NCBI RefSeq assembly: GCF_009931435.1 | Contig: NZ_CP043414.1 | Reading direction: 5' to 3' (one strand) | DNA length: 64,000 nt | From: Escherichia coli | GTDB taxonomy: Bacteria; Pseudomonadota; Gammaproteobacteria; Enterobacterales; Enterobacteriaceae | Shown here: positions 1 to 10,712 of the stretch, one piece after another | Position numbering within the stretch: position 1 is the first letter of the stretch | Layout of the letters: each line of letters opens with the position of its first letter | Translations under genes and position numbers: made by a program | Notes under the pieces: model-generated | What the model saw: the letters and a program-made list of their open reading frames with translations, nothing else | Databases searched by the model: none | Told to the model about the DNA's origin: nothing

Positions 1-1
1 T

Positions 2-310
2 CCCCAAATTTACTGGCCGTTCTCACGGAGTGCCGCACGTTATGACGTTTTGGCAAAATGGTGGGCGGATGTCGTTAAACCGACCAGGACCCGCCTGTAT
101 ATCGGTATCGCCTTCTATAAAGTGGGTGAACCTTCAAAGATAGAGCCAGACTGGATGATTAACGGTGGCGTACCGGAACTGAAAAAGCAGCTCGATCTTA
201 ACGATGCTGTACCAGAAATCAGCGGCACAATCTTGTTCCGTGAGGACTATCTGAACAAACCTCAGACTCAACAAGCGGTCAGCTATTTGCAAAGTCGTTG
301 GGGCAGTTAA
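2..310 (+). CDS. yddW: 3' end of upstream gene (YddW-like lipoprotein), 5'-truncated by window edge
   Basis: Open frame runs from window start (phase from nt 2) to stop at 310; position immediately upstream of dosC matches K-12 gene order; identity by synteny from memory only. Confidence 0.5.
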   Translation, partial: PQIYWPFSRSAARYDVLAKWWADVVKPTRTRLYIGIAFYKVGEPSKIEPDWMINGGVPELKKQLDLNDAVPEISGTILFREDYLNKPQTQQAVSYLQSRWGS

Positions 311-673
311 ACTTGTAACATGGCCGGTGCTTTACTCACCGGCTTGTTATCCTCTTGAAATATCCCACTAATAATCATGCTTATTTAAGCCAAATTAACC
401 ACGCAATTAACCACTCTTAGTTTAATAGCCATAAAACCCCTAATAAAAATGTATGAATATGAAAACCCTACGGTATTCGCTGTTTCCGAAAAATAATTAC
501 GATGGGCTATACTCTTCTGAAGAACAGTAGCGTAGATTGAAACTGTCCTAAGTCGCTTATTTCTTTTCAGTATATCTTCATATTTCAGGAGAATATGTGC
601 AGTTAGTCGATCTCGCACGTTGCGTTTCGTTTTTGATTCCGTCTGCTTTCCCAGCCTTATAAGGGTGTGAATT

Positions 674-2056
674 ATGGAGATGTATTTTAAAAGAATGAAA
701 GATGAGTGGACCGGGCTTGTCGAACAGGCAGATCCGCTCATTCGTGCCAAAGCCGCGGAAATTGCCGTTGCGCATGCCCATTACCTGAGCATTGAGTTTT
801 ACCGAATTGTCCGTATCGACCCGCATGCCGAAGAATTCTTGAGTAATGAACAAGTTGAGCGGCAGCTGAAAAGTGCGATGGAACGCTGGATTATTAATGT
901 GCTTTCTGCCCAGGTTGACGATGTTGAAAGGCTAATACAAATCCAGCATACCGTCGCAGAAGTGCATGCCCGCATCGGCATTCCAGTAGAAATTGTCGAG
1001 ATGGGGTTTCGGGTGCTGAAAAAAATCCTCTATCCGGTCATCTTCTCTTCGGATTATTCCGCCGCAGAAAAACTTCAGGTCTACCATTTCTCTATTAACA
1101 GTATTGATATCGCGATGGAAGTGATGACCCGCGCGTTTACCTTTAGTGACAGTAGTGCCTCAAAGGAAGATGAAAACTATCGTATCTTCTCGTTACTGGA
1201 AAACGCCGAAGAAGAAAAAGAACGGCAAATAGCCTCAATACTTTCATGGGAAATAGATATTATCTATAAAGTCTTGCTGGATTCTGATTTAGGCAGTAGT
1301 TTGCCTTTAAGCCAGGCTGATTTTGGCCTGTGGTTTAACCATAAAGGTCGACATTATTTTAGCGGCATTGCCGAAGTGGGTCATATCTCCCGCCTGATTC
1401 AGGATTTCGACGGTATTTTTAATCAAACCATACGTAATGCAAAAAATTTGAGCAACAAAACTCTACGGGTGAGATTTTTATTACAGATAAGAAATACCGT
1501 ATCGCAAATTATTACCTTGCTGCGTGAATTATTTGAAGAAGTATCTCGCCACGAAGTGGGTATGGATGTACTGACAAAATTACTTAACCGCCGCTTCCTG
1601 CCGACCATCTTTAAACGCGAAATTGCCCATGCCAACCGGACCGGAACCCCCCTGTCAGTGCTGATTATTGACGTTGATAAATTCAAAGAGATCAACGATA
1701 CGTGGGGCCATAACACCGGTGATGAAATTTTGCGTAAAGTTTCTCAGGCCTTTTACGACAACGTCCGCAGTAGTGATTATGTTTTTCGTTACGGGGGAGA
1801 TGAATTTATCATTGTCCTGACTGAAGCTTCTGAAAACGAAACGTTACGTACCGCAGAACGTATTCGCAGTCGGGTGGAGAAAACCAAACTGAAAGCCGCA
1901 AACGGCGAAGATATTGCCCTCTCACTGTCCATCGGCGCAGCTATGTTTAATGGTCATCCTGACTATGAGCGCCTCATTCAAATAGCCGATGAAGCTCTGT
2001 ATATCGCCAAAAGACGAGGTAGAAACCGTGTTGAACTCTGGAAAGCCAGTCTTTAG
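674..2056 (+). CDS. dosC: Diguanylate cyclase DosC (globin-coupled heme sensor, GGDEF domain)
   Basis: 460 aa ORF; C-terminal GGDEF signature (RYGGDEF) visible in translation; N-terminal sensor domain; followed by dosP. Confidence 0.92.
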   Translation: MEMYFKRMKDEWTGLVEQADPLIRAKAAEIAVAHAHYLSIEFYRIVRIDPHAEEFLSNEQVERQLKSAMERWIINVLSAQVDDVERLIQIQHTVAEVHARIGIPVEIVEMGFRVLKKILYPVIFSSDYSAAEKLQVYHFSINSIDIAMEVMTRAFTFSDSSASKEDENYRIFSLLENAEEEKERQIASILSWEIDIIYKVLLDSDLGSSLPLSQADFGLWFNHKGRHYFSGIAEVGHISRLIQDFDGIFNQTIRNAKNLSNKTLRVRFLLQIRNTVSQIITLLRELFEEVSRHEVGMDVLTKLLNRRFLPTIFKREIAHANRTGTPLSVLIIDVDKFKEINDTWGHNTGDEILRKVSQAFYDNVRSSDYVFRYGGDEFIIVLTEASENETLRTAERIRSRVEKTKLKAANGEDIALSLSIGAAMFNGHPDYERLIQIADEALYIAKRRGRNRVELWKASL

Positions 2057-2080
2057 ATGCGCCAGGATGCAGAGGTAATC

Positions 2081-4480
2081 ATGAAGCTAACCGATGCGGA
2101 TAATGCCGCCGATGGCATTTTTTTCCCCGCCCTTGAGCAAAATATGATGGGCGCGGTGTTAATTAACGAAAATGATGAAGTGATGTTTTTCAACCCCGCC
2201 GCAGAGAAGCTCTGGGGATACAAACGTGAAGAAGTCATTGGCAAAAACATTGATATGCTGATTCCGCGGGATTTGCGTCCTGCGCATCCTGAATATATCC
2301 GTCACAACCGTGAAGGCGGTAAAGCGCGCGTCGAGGGGATGAGTCGGGAGCTGCAGCTGGAGAAAAAAGACGGCAGTAAAATCTGGACCCGTTTTGCGCT
2401 ATCGAAAGTGAGCGCCGAGGGTAAAATTTATTACCTGGCGCTGGTACGTGATGCCAGCGTAGAAATGGCGCAAAAAGAACAGACCCGACAATTGATTATT
2501 GCTGTTGACCATCTCGACCGACCGGTGATTGTCCTCGATCCGGAACGCCATATTGTGCAGTGCAATCGCGCATTTACCGAAATGTTTGGTTACTGCATTA
2601 GCGAAGCCAGCGGTATGCAGCCCGATACACTCCTGAACATTCCAGAATTCCCTGCTGATAACCGCATTCGTTTACAACAGTTGCTATGGAAAACCGCCCG
2701 CGATCAGGACGAATTTCTGCTGTTGACGCGCACCGGTGAAAAAATCTGGATCAAAGCCTCTATCAGCCCGGTCTATGATGTGCTCGCACATCTGCAGAAC
2801 CTGGTAATGACTTTCTCGGATATCACCGAAGAACGGCAAATCCGCCAGCTTGAAGGCAATATTCTCGCCGCCATGTGCAGCAGCCCGCCATTTCATGAAA
2901 TGGGGGAAATCATTTGTCGTAACATCGAATCTGTTCTCAACGAATCGCATGTTTCGCTGTTCGCGCTGCGCAACGGGATGCCGATACACTGGGCGTCATC
3001 TTCGCACGGTACAGAAGTTCAAAATGCGCAAAGCTGGTCAGCGACCATTCGTCAGCGTGATGGCGCACCGGCGGGGATCCTGCAAATTAAAACCTCGTCA
3101 GGAGCAGAAACCAGCGCCTTTATCGAACGTGTGGCAGATATCAGCCAGCATATGGCCGCGCTGGCGCTGGAACAGGAAAAAAGCCGTCAGCATATTGAAC
3201 AACTCATCCAATTTGATCCGATGACCGGTCTGCCAAATCGCAATAACCTGCACAATTACCTCGATGACCTGGTCGACAAAGCCGTCTCTCCGGTGGTCTA
3301 TCTCATCGGTGTTGACCATATTCAGGATGTGATTGATAGCCTTGGCTATGCGTGGGCCGATCAGGCATTGCTGGAAGTGGTCAATCGCTTTCGTGAAAAA
3401 CTCAAACCGGATCAGTATCTCTGTCGTATCGAAGGTACGCAGTTTGTCCTCGTGAGCCTGGAAAACGACGTCAGTAACATTACCCAAATCGCCGATGAGC
3501 TACGGAATGTGGTCAGCAAGCCGATAATGATTGACGATAAACCATTCCCGCTCACCTTGAGCATTGGCATCAGCTACGACGTGGGTAAAAACCGCGATTA
3601 CCTGCTCTCCACTGCTCACAATGCAATGGATTTTATTCGCAAAAATGGCGGTAACGGCTGGCAGTTCTTCAGCCCGGTGATGAACGAAATGGTGAAAGAA
3701 CGATTGATATTAGGCGCAGCGCTGAAAGAAGCGATTAGCAATAACCAACTGAAACTGGTTTACCAACCACAAATCTTCGCAGAAACGGGTGAACTGTATG
3801 GTATCGAAGCCCTTGCTCGCTGGCACGATCCTCTGCATGGTCATGTGCCCCCTTCACGGTTTATTCCTCTCGCAGAAGAGATTGGCGAAATCGAAAATAT
3901 TGGGCGCTGGGTCATCGCGGAAGCTTGCCGTCAGTTAGCAGAATGGCGTAGCCAGAATATTCATATTCCAGCGTTATCCGTTAACTTGTCTGCGCTGCAC
4001 TTCCGCAGTAATCAGCTGCCTAATCAGGTGTCTGATGCAATGCAAGTCTGGGGCATTGACGGCCACCAGCTAACGGTGGAAATCACCGAAAGCATGATGA
4101 TGGAACACGATACGGAAATTTTTAAGCGCATCCAGATCCTGCGCGATATGGGCGTGGGTTTATCGGTAGATGATTTTGGCACGGGCTTTTCCGGATTATC
4201 CCGCTTAGTCAGTCTTCCGGTAACGGAAATCAAAATTGACAAAAGTTTTGTTGATCGTTGTCTGACGGAAAAACGCATCCTTGCCTTACTTGAAGCCATT
4301 ACCAGCATTGGGCAAAGCCTCAATTTAACCGTCGTGGCGGAAGGCGTCGAAACCAAAGAGCAATTTGAGATGCTACGTAAGATCCACTGTCGCGTTATTC
4401 AGGGATATTTCTTTTCCCGGCCCCTTCCCGCCGAAGAAATTCCAGGCTGGATGAGCAGCGTGTTACCGCTGAAAATCTGA
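2081..4480 (+). CDS. dosP: c-di-GMP phosphodiesterase DosP (PAS heme sensor + GGDEF-like + EAL)
   Basis: Track ORF 2057-4480; start placed at internal ATG 2081 (MKLTDADNA...) giving 799 aa; EAL region (QPQIFAETGELYGIEALARW) in translation. Confidence 0.92.
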   Translation: MKLTDADNAADGIFFPALEQNMMGAVLINENDEVMFFNPAAEKLWGYKREEVIGKNIDMLIPRDLRPAHPEYIRHNREGGKARVEGMSRELQLEKKDGSKIWTRFALSKVSAEGKIYYLALVRDASVEMAQKEQTRQLIIAVDHLDRPVIVLDPERHIVQCNRAFTEMFGYCISEASGMQPDTLLNIPEFPADNRIRLQQLLWKTARDQDEFLLLTRTGEKIWIKASISPVYDVLAHLQNLVMTFSDITEERQIRQLEGNILAAMCSSPPFHEMGEIICRNIESVLNESHVSLFALRNGMPIHWASSSHGTEVQNAQSWSATIRQRDGAPAGILQIKTSSGAETSAFIERVADISQHMAALALEQEKSRQHIEQLIQFDPMTGLPNRNNLHNYLDDLVDKAVSPVVYLIGVDHIQDVIDSLGYAWADQALLEVVNRFREKLKPDQYLCRIEGTQFVLVSLENDVSNITQIADELRNVVSKPIMIDDKPFPLTLSIGISYDVGKNRDYLLSTAHNAMDFIRKNGGNGWQFFSPVMNEMVKERLILGAALKEAISNNQLKLVYQPQIFAETGELYGIEALARWHDPLHGHVPPSRFIPLAEEIGEIENIGRWVIAEACRQLAEWRSQNIHIPALSVNLSALHFRSNQLPNQVSDAMQVWGIDGHQLTVEITESMMMEHDTEIFKRIQILRDMGVGLSVDDFGTGFSGLSRLVSLPVTEIKIDKSFVDRCLTEKRILALLEAITSIGQSLNLTVVAEGVETKEQFEMLRKIHCRVIQGYFFSRPLPAEEIPGWMSSVLPLKI

Positions 4481-4491
4481 CAAATTCCTCT

Positions 4492-4516
4492 CGCCCGCAC
4501 TCGCGGGTTTTCATTT
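4492..4516 (+). terminator. Rho-independent terminator after dosP
   Basis: GC stem cccgc/gcggg followed by ttttcattt just after dosP stop. Confidence 0.5.
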
Positions 4517-4737
4517 AACGTGACACTGTCACTTAAATACTGTGATTTCAGCTACGATTCCGGGAGATTCCTTCCTTAACTTCCCCTCTTGCACCAAAAC
4601 TGCACTACGCTGCACAAATGTTGATCAAAAGTTAAAAAATATAACTTTAAGCCAGCATTCTGGCGCTTATCCCGGCATGGCATGAGATCTGCATAAGCGG
4701 AAAGCGCAGCAATTTTTGTCTTATACAGGAACCGTTT

Positions 4738-5319
4738 ATGTCGGATACCACCGAACTGGTTGATTTAGCCGTGATCTTCCCTGATCTGGAGATCGAATTG
4801 AAATACGCCTGCGCTGATAACATCACAGGTAAAGCTATTTATCAGCAAGCGCGTTGTCTGTTACACAAGGATGCGATTACCGCGCTGGCGAAAAGTATCA
4901 GTATCGCCCAGCTGTCAGGCTTACAACTGGTGATTTACGATGCGTATCGCCCACAACAAGCACAGGCGATGTTGTGGCAAACCTGCCCAGACCCGCAATA
5001 TGTTGTTGATGTGACGGTCGGTTCTAATCACAGCCGTGGCACCGCGATCGACCTGACGCTTCGTGATGAGCACGGGAACATCCTCGATATGGGCGCAGAG
5101 TTCGATGAAATGCACGAACGTTCCCATGCTTACCATCCTTCCGTCCCGCCCGCCGCTCAGCGCAATCGCCTGTTGCTGAATGCGATTATGACTGGCGGTG
5201 GCTTTGTCGGTATCCCGAGCGAATGGTGGCACTTCGAATTACCCCAGGCAGCGAGTTACCCACTACTCGCTGATCAATTCACCTGTTTTATATCCCCTGG
5301 CACACAGCACGCCAGTTAA
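4738..5319 (+). CDS. ddpX: D-Ala-D-Ala dipeptidase
   Basis: 193 aa ORF, VanX-like sequence, first gene of ddp cluster. Confidence 0.9.
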   Translation: MSDTTELVDLAVIFPDLEIELKYACADNITGKAIYQQARCLLHKDAITALAKSISIAQLSGLQLVIYDAYRPQQAQAMLWQTCPDPQYVVDVTVGSNHSRGTAIDLTLRDEHGNILDMGAEFDEMHERSHAYHPSVPPAAQRNRLLLNAIMTGGGFVGIPSEWWHFELPQAASYPLLADQFTCFISPGTQHAS

Positions 5320-5332
5320 TCAGGAAACTGTC

Positions 5333-6883
5333 ATGAAGAGATCGATTTCGTTTCGTCCTACATTGCTCGCGATCGTCCTTGCCACAACAATGCCGGTTGC
5401 GCACGCCGCCGTACCGAAAGATATGCTGGTGATCGGTAAAGCTGCCGACCCACAAACCCTCGACCCGGCGGTGACAATTGATAATAACGACTGGACAGTG
5501 ACCTACCCGTCTTATCAGCGACTGGTTCAGTACAAAACGGACGGTGATAAAGGCTCAACAGACGTTGAAGGCGATCTGGCGAGTAGCTGGAAAGCGTCTG
5601 ACGATCAAAAAGAGTGGACGTTCACCCTGAAGGACAATGCTAAATTTGCCGATGGCACACCCGTCACTGCCGAAGCAGTAAAACTCTCTTTTGAGCGGTT
5701 ACTAAAAATCGGTCAGGGGCCAGCAGAAGCATTTCCCAAAGATTTAAAGATTGATGCTCCCGACGAACATACGGTGAGGTTTACCCTTAGCCAGCCATTC
5801 GCACCGTTCCTCTACACGCTGGCGAATGACGGTGCATCCATTATCAATCCGGCGGTCTTAAAAGAACATGCGGCCGATGATGCCCGTGGTTTCCTCGCGC
5901 AAAATACCGCTGGCTCCGGACCGTTTATGCTGAAAAGCTGGCAAAAAGGTCAGCAATTAGTTCTGGTGCCAAATCCGCATTACCCCGGCAATAACCCGAA
6001 CTTCAAACGGGTATCGGTAAAAATTATCGGTGAAAGTGCCTCCCGTCGCCTGCAGCTCTCCCGTGGCGACATTGACATTGCCGATGCGCTGCCGGTGGAT
6101 CAACTCAACGCCCTGAAGCAGGAAAACAAAGTCAACGTGGCAGAGTATCCGTCACTGCGCGTCACCTATCTGTATCTCAATAACAGCAAAGCGCCACTTA
6201 ATCAGGCGGATCTGCGTCGGGCCATTTCCTGGTCTACCGATTATCAGGGTATGGTTAACGGCATTCTGAGTGGTAACGGAAAACAAATGCGCGGCCCGAT
6301 TCCGGAAGGCATGTGGGGATACGATGCGACGGCAATGCAATACAACCATGACGAAACGAAAGCCAAAGCCGAATGGGATAAAGTGACGAGCAAACCCACC
6401 AGCCTGACGTTTCTCTACTCCGATAACGACCCAAACTGGGAGCCTATTGCTCTGGCAACACAATCCAGCCTCAACAAGCTGGGCATCAATGTGAAGCTGG
6501 AAAAGCTGGCGAACGCCACCATGCGCGACAGAGTGGGTAAAGGTGATTACGACATCGCGATTGGCAACTGGAGTCCGGATTTTGCCGACCCGTATATGTT
6601 TATGAATTACTGGTTTGAGTCCGACAAAAAAGGTCTGCCGGGTAACCGCTCGTTCTATGAAAACAGTGAGGTCGATAAGTTACTGCGCAATGCGCTAGCG
6701 ACCACCGACCAGACGCAGCGTACCCGGGACTACCAGCAGGCACAGAAAATCGTCATTGATGACGCTGCTTATGTGTACCTGTTCCAGAAAAACTACCAAC
6801 TGGCGATGAACAAAGAGGTGAAAGGCTTTGTGTTCAATCCCATGCTGGAACAGGTCTTCAATATCAATACCATGAGTAAATAA
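5333..6883 (+). CDS. ddpA: Periplasmic D,D-dipeptide-binding protein (ABC transporter)
   Basis: Track ORF 5198-6883; start moved to ATG 5333 (MKRSISFRPTLLAIVLATTMPVAHA signal peptide), 516 aa. Confidence 0.9.
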   Translation: MKRSISFRPTLLAIVLATTMPVAHAAVPKDMLVIGKAADPQTLDPAVTIDNNDWTVTYPSYQRLVQYKTDGDKGSTDVEGDLASSWKASDDQKEWTFTLKDNAKFADGTPVTAEAVKLSFERLLKIGQGPAEAFPKDLKIDAPDEHTVRFTLSQPFAPFLYTLANDGASIINPAVLKEHAADDARGFLAQNTAGSGPFMLKSWQKGQQLVLVPNPHYPGNNPNFKRVSVKIIGESASRRLQLSRGDIDIADALPVDQLNALKQENKVNVAEYPSLRVTYLYLNNSKAPLNQADLRRAISWSTDYQGMVNGILSGNGKQMRGPIPEGMWGYDATAMQYNHDETKAKAEWDKVTSKPTSLTFLYSDNDPNWEPIALATQSSLNKLGINVKLEKLANATMRDRVGKGDYDIAIGNWSPDFADPYMFMNYWFESDKKGLPGNRSFYENSEVDKLLRNALATTDQTQRTRDYQQAQKIVIDDAAYVYLFQKNYQLAMNKEVKGFVFNPMLEQVFNINTMSK

Positions 6884-6884
6884 C

Positions 6885-7907
6885 GTGACCTTCTGGAGTA
6901 TTTTACGCCAACGCTGCTGGGGGCTGGTGCTCGTGGTGGCGGGCGTCTGCGTGATTACGTTTATTATCTCGCACCTGATCCCCGGCGATCCGGCGCGGTT
7001 ACTGGCGGGTGACCGCGCCAGCGATGCTATCGTGGATAATATTCGCCAGCAACTGGGACTGGACCAGCCACTGTACGTACAGTTTTACCGCTACGTCAGC
7101 GACCTGTTTCAGGGTGACCTGGGAACATCCATTCGTACCGGGCGTCCGGTGCTGGAAGAGTTGCGCATATTTTTCCCGGCGACGCTGGAACTGGCATTTT
7201 GCGCTCTGCTGCTGGCACTCCTGGTTGGTATCCCGCTGGGCATACTCTCTGCAGTCTGGCGAAATCGCTGGCTGGATCATCTGGTGCGAATAATGGCCAT
7301 TACTGGAATCTCCACACCTGCGTTCTGGCTTGGGCTGGGCGTCATTGTGCTGTTTTATGGTCATCTGCAAATTCTTCCCGGCGGCGGAAGGCTTGATGAC
7401 TGGCTGGATCCACCAACGCACGTTACCGGCTTTTATCTGCTCGATGCGCTGCTTGAAGGCAACGGTGAAGTCTTCCTCAATGCGCTGCAACATCTCATCT
7501 TACCGGCATTAACGCTGGCGTTCGTTCACCTGGGGATTGTCGCTCGCCAGATCCGCTCAGCTATGCTGGAACAATTGAGTGAAGACTACATTCGTACCGC
7601 CCGGGCCAGCGGCTTGCCCGGCTGGTATATCGTTTTATGTTATGCGCTACCCAATGCGTTGATCCCCTCGATTACCGTATTGGGGCTGGCGCTGGGCGAT
7701 TTGTTGTATGGCGCAGTGCTCACCGAAACCGTTTTTGCCTGGCCCGGAATGGGTGCATGGGTAGTAACATCAATACAGGCGCTCGACTTCCCGGCAGTGA
7801 TGGGCTTTGCCGTCGTGGTTTCATTTGCTTATGTGCTGGTCAACCTGGTGGTGGATTTGCTCTATTTGTGGATTGATCCGCGTATCGGACGTGGAGGTGA
7901 TGAATGA
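6885..7907 (+). CDS. ddpB: D,D-dipeptide ABC transporter permease
   Basis: 340 aa ORF, GTG start, multiple TM segments, DppB-like. Confidence 0.9.
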   Translation: MTFWSILRQRCWGLVLVVAGVCVITFIISHLIPGDPARLLAGDRASDAIVDNIRQQLGLDQPLYVQFYRYVSDLFQGDLGTSIRTGRPVLEELRIFFPATLELAFCALLLALLVGIPLGILSAVWRNRWLDHLVRIMAITGISTPAFWLGLGVIVLFYGHLQILPGGGRLDDWLDPPTHVTGFYLLDALLEGNGEVFLNALQHLILPALTLAFVHLGIVARQIRSAMLEQLSEDYIRTARASGLPGWYIVLCYALPNALIPSITVLGLALGDLLYGAVLTETVFAWPGMGAWVVTSIQALDFPAVMGFAVVVSFAYVLVNLVVDLLYLWIDPRIGRGGDE

Positions 7908-8800
7908 TGCTAAGCGAGGAAACGTCCGTCGTACGCCCACCAAAACAAACGCGATTTAACGGTGCAAAACTGGTATGGATGCTGAAAGGCAGTCCGCTCA
8001 CCGTGACCGGCGCAGTCATCATTGTATTAATGCTACTGATGATGATTTTTTCACCGTGGCTGGCGACGCATGATCCCAACGCCATTGATTTAACTGCCCG
8101 CCTTTTGCCGCCTTCTGCGGCGCACTGGTTTGGCACCGATGAAGTGGGACGCGATCTGTTTAGCCGCGTACTGGTCGGCAGTCAGCAATCAATTCTCGCC
8201 GGATTAGTGGTGGTCGCCATTGCGGGTATGATGGGTTCGCTACTCGGGTGTCTATCCGGTGTGCTTGGCGGACGCGCAGACGCGATCATCATGCGCATCA
8301 TGGACATTATGCTGTCGATTCCTTCGCTGGTGCTGACAATGGCGCTGGCTGCCGCACTTGGACCGAGTTTGTTTAACGCCATGCTGGCGATTGCTATCGT
8401 GCGAATCCCGTTTTATGTGCGCCTGGCGCGGGGGCAAACATTAGTTGTCCGCCAGTACACTTACGTTCAGGCGGCGAAAACCTTTGGTGCGTCACGCTGG
8501 CATCTGATCAACTGGCATATTTTACGTAACTCCCTGCCGCCGCTGATTGTGCAGGCATCGCTGGATATTGGTAGCGCGATTTTAATGGCCGCCACGTTGG
8601 GATTTATTGGCCTGGGTGCTCAACAACCGAGTGCTGAATGGGGGGCGATGGTGGCGAATGGTCGCAACTATGTGCTCGATCAATGGTGGTATTGCGCATT
8701 TCCGGGGGCAGCGATTTTGCTTACCGCCGTCGGGTTCAATCTCTTTGGTGATGGTATTCGCGATCTGCTTGACCCGAAAGCAGGAGGAAAGCAGTCATGA
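7904..8800 (+). CDS. ddpC: D,D-dipeptide ABC transporter permease
   Basis: 298 aa ORF overlapping ddpB stop by 4 nt; DppC-like. Confidence 0.9.
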   Translation: MMLSEETSVVRPPKQTRFNGAKLVWMLKGSPLTVTGAVIIVLMLLMMIFSPWLATHDPNAIDLTARLLPPSAAHWFGTDEVGRDLFSRVLVGSQQSILAGLVVVAIAGMMGSLLGCLSGVLGGRADAIIMRIMDIMLSIPSLVLTMALAAALGPSLFNAMLAIAIVRIPFYVRLARGQTLVVRQYTYVQAAKTFGASRWHLINWHILRNSLPPLIVQASLDIGSAILMAATLGFIGLGAQQPSAEWGAMVANGRNYVLDQWWYCAFPGAAILLTAVGFNLFGDGIRDLLDPKAGGKQS

Positions 8801-9783
8801 CCCAACCCGTTCTGGACATTCAACAGCTGCATTTGAGTTTCTCCGGTTTTAACGGCGACGTTCACGCGCTCAACAATGTGTCATTGAAAATCAACCGCGG
8901 TGAAATTGTCGGTCTGGTGGGAGAATCCGGCTCGGGTAAATCAGTCACTGCAATGTTGATTATGCGTCTGTTACCGACGGGCAGTTATTGCGTACATCGG
9001 GGACATATTTCACTGCTGGGAGAAGATGCTCTTAACGCTCGGGAAAAACAGCTTCGTCAGTGGCGCGGCGCACGAGTGGCGATGATCTTTCAGGAACCGA
9101 TGACCGCCCTAAATCCGACACGTCGAATAGGTCTTCAGATGATGGACGTGATCCGCCATCATCAACCAATAAGTCGTCGGGAAGCCAGAGCTAAAGCGAT
9201 TGCCCTGCTGGAAGAGATGCAAATCCCGGATGCCGTGGAAGTTATGTCGCGCTATCCGTTTGAGCTTTCAGGTGGTATGCGCCAGCGGGTAATGATTGCG
9301 CTGGCATTCTCCTGCGAGCCGCAATTGATTATTGCCGACGAACCGACTACGGCGCTGGACGTCACGGTACAGTTGCAGGTACTGCGTCTGCTTAAACATA
9401 AAGCCCGCGCCAGTGGAACTGCGGTACTGTTCATCAGCCATGATATGGCCGTGGTGTCGCAACTGTGCGATAGCGTTTACGTGATGTATGCCGGAAGCGT
9501 GATCGAGAGCGGTATGACGGCAGACGTTATCCATCATCCCCGGCATCCGTATACCATTGGTTTGCTGCAATGCGCACCGGAACATGGAATACCACGCCAG
9601 CCATTACCCGCCATTCCAGGGACGGTACCAAACCTCACCCATTTGCCTGATGGCTGCGCTTTTCGCGATCGTTGCTATGCGGCAGGTACACAGTGTGAAA
9701 ACGTCCCGGCGCTGACAGCGTGTGGTGACAACAACCACCGCTGCGCCTGTTGGTATCCTCAGCAGGAGGTCATTAGTGTCTGA
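8797..9783 (+). CDS. ddpD: D,D-dipeptide ABC transporter ATP-binding protein
   Basis: 328 aa; Walker A GESGSGKS and signature LSGGMRQR. Confidence 0.9.
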   Translation: MTQPVLDIQQLHLSFSGFNGDVHALNNVSLKINRGEIVGLVGESGSGKSVTAMLIMRLLPTGSYCVHRGHISLLGEDALNAREKQLRQWRGARVAMIFQEPMTALNPTRRIGLQMMDVIRHHQPISRREARAKAIALLEEMQIPDAVEVMSRYPFELSGGMRQRVMIALAFSCEPQLIIADEPTTALDVTVQLQVLRLLKHKARASGTAVLFISHDMAVVSQLCDSVYVMYAGSVIESGMTADVIHHPRHPYTIGLLQCAPEHGIPRQPLPAIPGTVPNLTHLPDGCAFRDRCYAAGTQCENVPALTACGDNNHRCACWYPQQEVISV

Positions 9784-10702
9784 CACGTTATTAACGTTAC
9801 GCGACGTCCATATCAATTTCCCGGCCCGAAAAAACTGGCTTGGTAAAACTACGGAACATGTTCATGCCATCAATGGTATTGATTTACAGATCCGTCGTGG
9901 TGAAACCTTAGGGATCGTCGGTGAGTCAGGCTGCGGCAAAAGCACCCTCGCACAGCTTTTAATGGGTATGCTGCAACCGAGCCACGGGCAGTACATCCGT
10001 TCAGGATCACAACGCATTATGCAGATGGTGTTTCAGGACCCGCTCTCTTCGCTTAATCCGCGCTTACCGGTGTGGCGCATCATCACGGAACCGCTCTGGA
10101 TTGCTAAGCGTAGTAGTGAACAACAGCGGCGAGCGTTGGCAGAGGAGCTGTCTGTGCAGGTGGGTATTCGTCCGGAGTATCTCGACCGCTTGCTTCATGC
10201 GTTCTCAGGCGGGCAGCGGCAACGTATCGCCATTGCCAGAGCACTCTCTTCGCAGCCTGACCTGATTGTGCTTGATGAACCCACCTCGGCGCTGGATATC
10301 TCCGTGCAGGCGCAGATCCTCAATTTACTGGTAACGCTACAGGAAAATCGCGAGCTGACTTATGTGCTGATTTCACACAATGTCTCGGTGATACGTCATA
10401 TGAGCGATCGGGTGGCGGTGATGTATCTCGGACAGATTGTGGAACTAGGAGACGCGCAACAGGTGCTGACAGCTCCGGCACATCCATACACCCGATTATT
10501 GCTGGATTCCCTCCCCGCCATTGATAAACCGCTGGAGGAAGAATGGGCATTGCGTAAAACGGATCTACCAGGAAACCGCACGTTGCCACAAGGCTGTTTT
10601 TTCCGTGAACGTTGCCCTCTGGCAACCCACGGATGTGAAGTCCGGCAATCATTAACAATAAGGGAGGACGGACGTGAGATCCGGTGCTGGCGGGCGCTGT
10701 AG
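9776..10702 (+). CDS. ddpF: D,D-dipeptide ABC transporter ATP-binding protein
   Basis: Track ORF 9722-10702; GTG start at 9776 (V/MSDTLLTLRDV) gives 308 aa; Walker A GESGCGKS, signature FSGGQRQR; overlaps ddpD by 8 nt. Confidence 0.85.
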   Translation: MSDTLLTLRDVHINFPARKNWLGKTTEHVHAINGIDLQIRRGETLGIVGESGCGKSTLAQLLMGMLQPSHGQYIRSGSQRIMQMVFQDPLSSLNPRLPVWRIITEPLWIAKRSSEQQRRALAEELSVQVGIRPEYLDRLLHAFSGGQRQRIAIARALSSQPDLIVLDEPTSALDISVQAQILNLLVTLQENRELTYVLISHNVSVIRHMSDRVAVMYLGQIVELGDAQQVLTAPAHPYTRLLLDSLPAIDKPLEEEWALRKTDLPGNRTLPQGCFFRERCPLATHGCEVRQSLTIREDGREIRCWRAL

Positions 10703-10712
10703 AGACGCTAAC

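Noticed and set aside
6999-7493. 164-aa minus-strand ORF inside ddpB, plus several 60-95 aa ORFs overlapping ddp, nar, dosP and maeA
   Set aside because: Embedded antisense or alternate-frame ORFs within well-supported genes; no independent signals.
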